From Hydrurus foetidus (lineage: Eukaryota): a stretch of DNA of 35,464 bases. The notes under the pieces are model-generated. The model was not told where the DNA came from, searched no databases, and saw only the letters and a list, made by a program, of their open reading frames with translations. The position numbers were made by a program, and so were the translations under genes. Location: NCBI GenBank assembly GCA_900617105.1, contig UYFQ01000431.1, forward strand, positions 1-35,464, given 5' to 3'. Below are positions 23,114-31,185 of the stretch, piece by piece. Position 1 is the stretch's first letter; each line of letters starts with the position of its first letter.

Positions 23114-25168
23114 ATGCCAGCCACTCGGAACAGAAGTTCTAGTGTGCCAAGACCAGCGGCAAAACAACCCGCCGCTGCTCGAATGGCTACTCGGTCAAGA
23201 GGCCAAACGAGATTTATCTCGTCAGCTTCAGCACCATCGAAACCGGCTTTCCTCGCCGATATTGAGCAGGATATTATTCCACTGGCGCCCATCGTCCAAC
23301 AAACTCAATTAGGCATACCAGTTGAGGATATTCTCAAAGCGCCTGCTCCGCCGGATCCTATTCAGGAGGATCTGCCGATAATTCCTGGAGCGAGTCTGGA
23401 CAATGGGAAGAGGAGCGATTCAGCGGATCTAATCATCCACCATTCTCCGAAGCCCTTCACATCTCTGGCCACCGGGCAATCTTCTAGGGTGTATTCGAAC
23501 GAAGATATCAGAGAAATCGTTCGGTCAGTAATGACCGAATACACGATCTCACCAGAAAGTGTGATCAGTAAGACGCCGGTCGAAAAGGCGCAACAAAACA
23601 CGGCGAGTCAAGTCATCCTAGACGTAGGAGATGATGTCAGCGACCTCCAATCAGTAATCGAAATCGATCAAAGGAAGTCTCACGACAATAGCCTTATCGA
23701 AAGTAGGAGGGTCACCGTCAAAGAGTATACGATCACTACGACGCATCAATCATCGATGGCAGTCAAGATCAACTTGTCAAATGACGGGGCTACTAATAGG
23801 AAGAAGCTCAAAGAGCTCGAGCTTCTCCTGAACGAGTGCGAACTCTTTACTCTCGCCGAGGAAAAGAGGATCCCCGTTCCATCAAATGAATATAATCCGA
23901 ACGGTTATACTCATGAATCTGCCAAGTTCGACGGCAACAAAATAATCATCACAAAGAAAGATGATTATTTTAGATTCAACCATGATTGTGAAAGACTATT
24001 CGCTCTGATGAATCTTGTCACAAACAAGGACCTACATTACCTCATCACGCAACACATCGACGTCAAGAACGGGATCGAGTGGTACAAAGCCATCAAAGGC
24101 TTTGCTCAAGGCGAGAGGAGTAATGAGAGCGGACTATCAAGGGAGCTACTCGACGATCTCAAGCTACCTTCAAGCAAGTCGATCAAAGAAAACATCGCGG
24201 CGTTCGAGGAGGCTGTCACGCGCGTGAACAACGTTAATCTCACGTGTATGACGGAGTCAGAGAAGCTATACCTGCTGACCAGGAAGCTCAAAGGGAACAA
24301 GCAGGAGGGTATGGAAGCGATCCTGTATACCTCTCGGGGAAACAGTAAAGGATATCGCGAGCTAGTCGATCAGCTCATTCGAGCCGACCCTCCAACCATC
24401 AAAGCATTCAAGATGAATGCAATCACTGAGGAAAATGTATGTCGCAATTTCCTCAAAGGCTCCTGTACGTTCGGTGAGCGGTGTAAGTACTCACACAAGA
24501 CATCCAAGGCTCCAGGAGGTAAACCATCTGAGCGCAAGCCACAGGAGAAGACCTACGACAAGTCCAAGACAAAGTATCAACCACCGCAACACAAGAAGGT
24601 ATCATTCGAGCACCGATCCAAGATCGGGTCTCCACGTGGAAAACCTACGGACAAGAATCCTGAAGGATACTCCATCAAGCAGCTCGTCGTCCTCAAGTCG
24701 CTTACAAGCCAGGGAAGCAAAGACGGCTGGCAGGATCCAACATACTTTGACATTGCAAAGTCTCAAAACAAGACAGAGCACTTAAACGTATTCAAGACAA
24801 ACGCCATCACGCCGTACGTACCACCAAAACGTACAAGCCCCAGACGCGTCGTCATATCCGAGGAGACATCAAGGGTGATCCAAAGTCAGGAAGCCATGCT
24901 CAAGTCCATCGATCAACGAATCAAGACTTTCAGAGATGTCAACGACTTTGTACCCACCATCAAAGATCTCCTCGTATACGTCCACAAGTATACCAAGTCG
25001 GACCTTGCCAGATCCACCAGTGAGGTCGAAGCCACCATATTCACCGGGTTCCGTTGGCAATCAAGTTGCAACCCACTACACAACATGTGTAAGGAAAACT
25101 TCCAAGTAAAAGATGCGGACCCTCGCGTTATGGAACTGCTGTATGAAAACAGCAAGTACTTGAATTGA
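23114..25168 (+). CDS. gag: Copia Gag-like ORF with CCCH zinc finger
   Basis: First ATG at 23114. Helical Gag-like core (GIEWYKAIK..TESEKLYLLTRKL) followed by CRNFLKGSCTFGERCKYSH (24440-24496). Confidence 0.8.
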   Translation: MPATRNRSSSVPRPAAKQPAAARMATRSRGQTRFISSASAPSKPAFLADIEQDIIPLAPIVQQTQLGIPVEDILKAPAPPDPIQEDLPIIPGASLDNGKRSDSADLIIHHSPKPFTSLATGQSSRVYSNEDIREIVRSVMTEYTISPESVISKTPVEKAQQNTASQVILDVGDDVSDLQSVIEIDQRKSHDNSLIESRRVTVKEYTITTTHQSSMAVKINLSNDGATNRKKLKELELLLNECELFTLAEEKRIPVPSNEYNPNGYTHESAKFDGNKIIITKKDDYFRFNHDCERLFALMNLVTNKDLHYLITQHIDVKNGIEWYKAIKGFAQGERSNESGLSRELLDDLKLPSSKSIKENIAAFEEAVTRVNNVNLTCMTESEKLYLLTRKLKGNKQEGMEAILYTSRGNSKGYRELVDQLIRADPPTIKAFKMNAITEENVCRNFLKGSCTFGERCKYSHKTSKAPGGKPSERKPQEKTYDKSKTKYQPPQHKKVSFEHRSKIGSPRGKPTDKNPEGYSIKQLVVLKSLTSQGSKDGWQDPTYFDIAKSQNKTEHLNVFKTNAITPYVPPKRTSPRRVVISEETSRVIQSQEAMLKSIDQRIKTFRDVNDFVPTIKDLLVYVHKYTKSDLARSTSEVEATIFTGFRWQSSCNPLHNMCKENFQVKDADPRVMELLYENSKYLN

Positions 25169-27036
25169 CCTATAGGGAGTTTAATTTGTTCAGACCCACA
25201 TGGTCGGACTATCACCCACGGGGAGAACCGGGCCACTACATGTCACGATCAAATGAAATAGACGAGTTCTATGTTATCGCAAATAGGATAAACATCATGA
25301 GAGTGTCATCGGATACACGAAACGTTCTAATGCTAGGTCTAGTGTATGACTTTATGTCATATGCAGCAGAGCATCTAAACGTAGACATTATCAACCGCAA
25401 GACAATCATGGCTGGACGAGTCATCATGCGCCACGAGATCAAGAGGCTCAGCGAAGAACCCGAGTATGTTGAGCTACATATGCTCACACGGATATTTCAT
25501 GCTATTGTGGATTCAGTCCGCCCACCGGTCATAGAACGCGAAGCACCTCCCCCGCAGGAAGTACGTACGTTCTCAGTCATGAGCACCTCGGAAGGCAATC
25601 AAGAGACATGCTATGGCGACCTCTCTGGCATCGATACCGAAGACGACATGGAGTATGAAGAAGCTGTAGACACATTTGATCAGCCTAACTATTGGGAGGA
25701 TACAAGTGACGCAACCATCAGTCCCAACGCAGCCCTCCGAAACAAGGATATGCAGCGCGAAGACACCACCCCACTTGACAAACCCAAACAAGAGCGTGAC
25801 CTAAGGAACCTATACAACTTCCCAGACACGCCGGAGATATTCACGCCTCAGAGAAAGCAGCCGAGGAAGTCAGAGGTCAAAGCGGTACAAGCACGTTATG
25901 AATATGAGGTAGACACTTTCCCTATCCAACCTCCACTGTCCCCGGCCCAACAGCTTGCACCTACACCACCTCGTCGGTACACACCAAGCAAATCACCTGA
26001 GCCACGCACGCCACAGTCAACCCCACAGCGCGTTGCCATAGGCATGTATGGAAATGGTGCACCACGATGGGGTTATGTTGCTAAGCGAACTCAGGGCAAG
26101 GAGAAAGCAGCTGACCCAGCCAAACCAACATCAAGCAGTATGACTAGCTCATCAAGAAGCGTCATCACGACCACGCAGTCATCAACCAGTGTTGGCAGCG
26201 GATCAGCGGCATCGCGAAAGAGCACCCCTGCTACATCGACTCCTCAGCGCCTCCGAAGCGGATCCTCTGCATCCCACGGTATACACAGCGCATCAGCTGT
26301 ACCAACCACTGTGCACAGCGCATCAGCGGCATCACCGGGATCTCGCAGCGGATCAGCGGCGCCGTATAAGAACTCTCGAGCGTCTCCAGCAATTCCACCT
26401 GTCATCAGGGCATCAGCGGCACCTATTCGAGACAACAGCGCATCAGCGGCATCATTGCCGGTTACCAGCGCCTTAGAGGCATCACCAGGACCCCCCACAC
26501 CAGCTCTTCAAAATCAACCACGTTCAGGCAAACCATTTGTAGTCGACCTCACGGCCCCAACGCCACCACGGCGGGTACTACAGAAACTTCGCAAAGGCCC
26601 CAAGGCCAAACTGAACCTTCTGCACGCTGTAGGGCCGGCACATCGAGTCCTGGGTATGGCCTCAAAAGAAAATAAAGTTATCATCGACAGTGGAGCTTCC
26701 ACGTCAGGAACTGGTCTCAGAAACAAGTTGAAGAACCTACGGCCTGCATCATGCACGGTGAATGCAGCTTTCGGGGAGACTATCACACCATCAGAGATGG
26801 GTGACCTGCCACCATACATGCTTCCGACCATCGTCATCGAAGGAATGAAGGACACGACCCTACTGTCAGTGTCACAGGCATGTGCCGAGAACATGTGCGG
26901 TATCTTCACGTCACGCGACTGCAGATTCTACGGCCTCAAAGAGATACAACCTCACCTGGCACAGATCAGCAAGACCTGCGAGATGAAGTTGCGGGGAGAA
27001 GTAGAGGACGGACTCTACATCCAGAAGTCAATCTGA
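25165..27036 (+). CDS. Unknown helical region + Pro/Ser-rich linker + aspartic protease (-1 frame relative to gag)
   Basis: VIIDSGASTSG (D at 26686), TLLSVSQAC, and LRGEVEDGLY just before the TGA at 27034-27036. Confidence 0.8.
   Translation: MTYREFNLFRPTWSDYHPRGEPGHYMSRSNEIDEFYVIANRINIMRVSSDTRNVLMLGLVYDFMSYAAEHLNVDIINRKTIMAGRVIMRHEIKRLSEEPEYVELHMLTRIFHAIVDSVRPPVIEREAPPPQEVRTFSVMSTSEGNQETCYGDLSGIDTEDDMEYEEAVDTFDQPNYWEDTSDATISPNAALRNKDMQREDTTPLDKPKQERDLRNLYNFPDTPEIFTPQRKQPRKSEVKAVQARYEYEVDTFPIQPPLSPAQQLAPTPPRRYTPSKSPEPRTPQSTPQRVAIGMYGNGAPRWGYVAKRTQGKEKAADPAKPTSSSMTSSSRSVITTTQSSTSVGSGSAASRKSTPATSTPQRLRSGSSASHGIHSASAVPTTVHSASAASPGSRSGSAAPYKNSRASPAIPPVIRASAAPIRDNSASAASLPVTSALEASPGPPTPALQNQPRSGKPFVVDLTAPTPPRRVLQKLRKGPKAKLNLLHAVGPAHRVLGMASKENKVIIDSGASTSGTGLRNKLKNLRPASCTVNAAFGETITPSEMGDLPPYMLPTIVIEGMKDTTLLSVSQACAENMCGIFTSRDCRFYGLKEIQPHLAQISKTCEMKLRGEVEDGLYIQKSI
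26197..26483 (+). repeat. 30-nt periodic array (10-aa units, S[A/G]SAA core)
   Basis: AGCG[C/G]ATCAGCGGCA-like cores start at 26197, 26257, 26287, 26317, 26347, 26377, 26407, 26437 and 26467. Confidence 0.85.
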
Positions 27037-30000
27037 CTTCGTGACGAGGAACGCTTGTTGGTCACAAGCGTTAAAGACACCTCACTATACGACCACGTCC
27101 ACCGTGTCCTAGCACATCCTGGTAAAGAAGGGATGGAATGGCACCGGACACACTCCACTGGAGCAGCATACACCCGCAACGATGCGAAGGCACACCGTCC
27201 CGTGTGTCAAGCATGCGTCCAGGGCACAATGCGACAAGCATCCACGGACCACCTAAGGGTCCATAGAGCACCAGCACCCATACCGGGGAGCCAGTTTGCT
27301 CTGGATGCATACACCCACGCAGAAAGAGGCGCAGGCCGGTTCAAATACTGCGACCTCTTCACGGATCTCACCACACGGCGTGTGTATCCGGTGTTCACCC
27401 GTGACCGGGGAGCCCAAGAGCTATGCGACCAAGTCAGCCTGCTCTTCGAGTCTCACCCAGAATGGAGGAACGCACCTGCTACATCAGACCCAATCGATCG
27501 GTTCGTTAGGGTCGATGCAGAAAAGTCATATAGATCCAGTGAGTTCACCAAGTGCCTCGGAGGCTTTGGATACCGCACTGAGCCCACACCACCTCGTGAC
27601 AAGCATGCCAATGGAGTAGCGGAGCGCACAGTAGGAGTCATTGCAGCCAAGTGCAACACGATTATGCTAGCCCCCACACCACCGGTTCCACCGAAGTTCT
27701 GGGACATTGCCATGAGCTATGTGTGTGCCACTATGTCGTTTAATTACAATAGTGTGATAGGTACTTCCCCATACAACATGCTAACTAAAAGCATGTTGTC
27801 GTCAAACATCTCCACGCTTTCTGGTCCAAGTGCTGGGTCCACATACCAACCAAGGACGCAGGCGGTAAAGTCGGTCACCCCCGAGCATACCAAGCCAGGT
27901 TCATTGGATATGACATGACGACCACACTTGAGCCTACCTACAAAGTCATCGAGATATTAGACAAGGGAAAATATGGCGCAGTGAGGATCAGCAAAGACGT
28001 CATTTTCGACTTGCCTGAAGAGATAGTGCAACAAATGGAAGCCACAACAGCATTAGAGCCACCCCATATACATGAGGCAGCTCAAACGACTGTCCCAGCA
28101 CCAAAAGCGGCACACAATCAGACGCCTGCAAATGCACAAGTCACAATGCATGCACCAAGTGAGGCGATACAACCAAACCAGGTCGACCCCAACCACAGCA
28201 TGCGACGACGAAGTGATACGAATGCAGTCACAACTCCAGCTGGTCCCCACCCAGTGGCGCATAGCGGTGCACCCAAGAGGGCCTCACCACCATGCATACC
28301 TGATAGTGCACCAATACACCCTGCAAACACCGTCGACTCGATTGGTGCAAACACACCAATAGTGTCATGGGAAACAGAGGATGCCGTATATTGGTACGCA
28401 ATCCAGGCCACACATCCGGAGCAACTGATGACCGTAGTTGAGACGTCTCACTATGATCAGATAAAGACACTCCCAGATGCCGGCGTTCCCAAATCGTTCT
28501 GGAAAGCGATGAAGGACCCACCATGGGCAAAAGCCATCGACACTGAGCTGACTAAGTTTGAAGTCAACTCTTGCTTCAACATCGTCCCTTTTACTGGACA
28601 GCACTTAGTTCCAATGATGTGGCTGTTCAGTGTCAAGAACGATGGGACGAAGAAGGCTCGACTGGTCGGCAGAGGGGACAAGATGATTCCCAACGTTGAC
28701 TTCGACCCCGAAGCTGTGTATTGTGGAAATGTAGCAGCTTGCTCGATCAAGCTGGCCATGGTCATAGCGGCAACGTACAAGCTCGTAATGAGAGGCGGTG
28801 ACCTTGTAGGTGCATACCTCATTACAAGAGCAAACAAGGACTTCCCAGTGTTCATCATCACACCTCAAGGATACGACGTACCACCCGGTTTCTGCATACA
28901 AGCAGTAGGAAACCTGTATGGATTCCCTCCAGCCGGACAGAACTTCTCCATCGAGTTCGACAAATGCCTTAGGGAGTGTGGGTACAAGAACACACCATGG
29001 GACCTCAAACTGTTCTTCAAGTGGACGCACTCGGGCAAACCAATGATTATCATCGCACACAGTGATGACTTCAGATGGTTTGGTCCACCCGACCACATCC
29101 ACGAATGGGATGCAGTTATCCAAGCATTCAACAAGCATGGATATCAAGTCACTGATGCAACTGACAAAGAGTTCGTCGGTATCCGTATAGAAGTAGACGA
29201 ACACTCCAACTACTACATGGATCAACACCGTATGATCGACCTTATCATCAAGGAGGCGAACATCACAGGTGCAAAGGATGAGCACCTCCCATATCCCACC
29301 GACGCGCAGCAGCCACCACTGTCCAAGATGGACTGCCCCACCAATGACGTCGATAGGGCCACATGTCAAAAGTACCCGTACAGGCGTGTCGTCGGACAAC
29401 TCATGTACGGTATGGTGCACACAATGGTGGGTATTGTGTACGCACTCAACATACTTTCGAGATATGGTAACAACCCTGGTCCCAGACACATACTTTTCCT
29501 CAAGCACCTGTTGAGATATGTCAAGTATGCGAAGAGGGACCGTCTCATATTCCGGACCCATGACGGACCAACCGACATAGACACCATGACCAAGGTACTA
29601 CAGCTGAAGTTCCAGTGCGATGCAGATCTAGGTGGTAACCAAGATAACCACCACTCCCAGACCTGCTACCTCGGATACCTCGCTGGAAGCCTCATTTGCT
29701 GGTGTTCCACCGATCAAGGGTCAGTATCCACGTCCACAGCGGAATCAGAGATCAAGGCTGTCAACCATGCACTCAAGTCGGAAGTCATACCAACTCGCGG
29801 TATATTAGAGATGATAGGGTGGAAACAGGATCCAACCATCATCGAAGAGGACAACCAGGCTTGCGTGTACTACTCAAAGACCACTCACATGACCCGAAAC
29901 CTGCGTCACCTATCACTCGCCGGAGCGTATGCCAAGGAGAAGGTGCAAGACGGCACGTGCACTGTGATCAAAGTGGCCTCTAAAGACAACAACTCGGACA

Positions 30001-30065
30001 TTGGTACCAAGAGGGTAACACTACCCATCTTAACTAAACAAATAATTTATAAATATCTTTTGTAA
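27037..30065 (+). pseudogene. pol: Copia integrase-RT-RNase H (pol), with one frameshift near 27790
   Basis: HRVLAH..CQAC, FALDAY, VRVDAEKSY, NGVAERTV. Frameshift at CTAACTAAAAGCAT gives HVVVKHLHAFWSKCWVHIP..ARFIGYD. RT: KKARLVGRGD, GNLYGFPPAG, AHSDD, YPYRRVVGQLMY. RNase H: CDADLGG, STSTAESEI, EDNQAC, SDIGTK. Confidence 0.92.
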
Positions 30066-30223
30066 AGTATTGCGTATTATTTAACATTTTACAATGCATT
30101 TTGTATTTTTTTTGTATTCTACTCACACAGTAGTCTATAATTTTTTGCAATTTGTTATTTGTATCATATTATTGATAGCTCATTAGCAAACATGCACTCA
30201 TATACATACATACATCTTCACTA

Positions 30224-30230
30224 CGGGGAG
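30224..30230 (+). promoter_or_regulatory. Polypurine tract
   Basis: CGGGGAG abutting the 3' LTR. Confidence 0.75.
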
Positions 30231-30690
30231 TGTCAGACTAACCACCAACGTAGTTACGTCTGTTGTATAGTAGCAGATATAGTAGTATAGATACACGTTA
30301 GGTAGTACTGTATACATATATGTGTAACCGTACGTACACCATAGAACGTACACCGTACATACCAGATATGGCCGTTGGCGATACATCCCATATTCGAAAG
30401 CATCCTTTCAGTGCCAACAACTGCTATGATCTTTCTTGCAACGCCACACATGATTTCACCTCTACCTTGCTCGCCACCTCGTTTGCCAGGTAGCCAATCA
30501 CATGTTAGTTGCATATGTAGATTGCCAACTGCAGATCTTCTGTATCTTGTAAACCTAAGCAGATCTTAATCGATATAGCTTGCAGTTTCGCCGACACAGC
30601 GTTCTCGTCGAGTCTTGGAGTTCTACTACAGTAGCCTCCACACCAGTTGGACTATAAGTCATCAGGTGATATCATTTAGCCAGATCCACA
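30231..30690 (+). repeat. 3' LTR of copia element
   Basis: 460-bp direct repeat of 22548-23007. Confidence 0.97.
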
Positions 30691-30691
30691 G

Positions 30692-31142
30692 TGTCAGACT
30701 ACTTGATTCCATCAAGTTGTGTCTGTAGTAATATTGTTGCAAATGTAGTTACAAATACATATGTGTGCGTTATGCGGCACTTACGTACGTAAGTACACAT
30801 GCAGATATTATAACATGCACACGTACACACGTACTTACACATGTTAGTGCATACTCAGTTATGCATACATACGCACACGTACTTACACATGTACGTACAT
30901 ATCTAATATGTACGTATGTACGATCGCCAATAGTGTAGTACATAGATGTATAGGCGTACATACGTAAGTACCCCTGTACTTGCGTATGTACGTTCATATA
31001 CATATACATTCATGCGTACAGTGGGCGTCATCTATAGCCGACAATGCTGACCATGGCACTACATGAAATACATCAATCGCTATCAACCATCTTAAAGTAT
31101 CTTATTATCGTGTAGAAACGGTAGATACCATCATGACTCACA
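30692..31142 (+). mobile_element. Candidate older solo LTR of a related copia family (451 bp)
   Basis: Starts TGTCAGACTA like the young LTR, has patchy collinear similarity (AGTTnnGTCTGTnGTA, GCAnATnTAGT, ATACATAT, CGTACGTA) and ends GACTCACA. Flanks CTATG (22539-22543) and ATATG (31143-31147) form a 4/5 TSD. Confidence 0.6.
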
Positions 31143-31185
31143 ATATGTACTCATTAGATTTCTATTTTTCTTTTTATTCTCTGAT

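Larger units (their letters stand above)
22548..30690 (+). mobile_element. Full-length Ty1/copia LTR retrotransposon
   Basis: Two 460-bp TG..CA LTRs, 5-bp TSD GTGTC (22543-22547 and 30691-30695), PBS, PPT, and domain order Gag-PR-IN-RT-RNaseH. Confidence 0.97.

Noticed and set aside
26197..26483. CRISPR array
   Set aside because: Cores are short and degenerate, spacers are only about 13 nt, the array is in frame within a eukaryotic retrotransposon ORF, and there are no cas genes.
27781..27795. Programmed frameshift between ORFs 27055-27918 and 27915-30065
   Set aside because: The break lies inside the conserved integrase C-terminal region at an A-run; a 1-nt deletion or sequencing error explains it.
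28605..29561. 318-aa antisense ORF and other antisense ORFs over pol and the host gene
   Set aside because: They are shadows of codon-biased sense ORFs, with no recognisable motifs.
30750..31020. Independent alternating purine-pyrimidine satellite
   Set aside because: Better explained as the interior of the candidate solo LTR; the young LTR has a similar TACG/CATA-rich tract.
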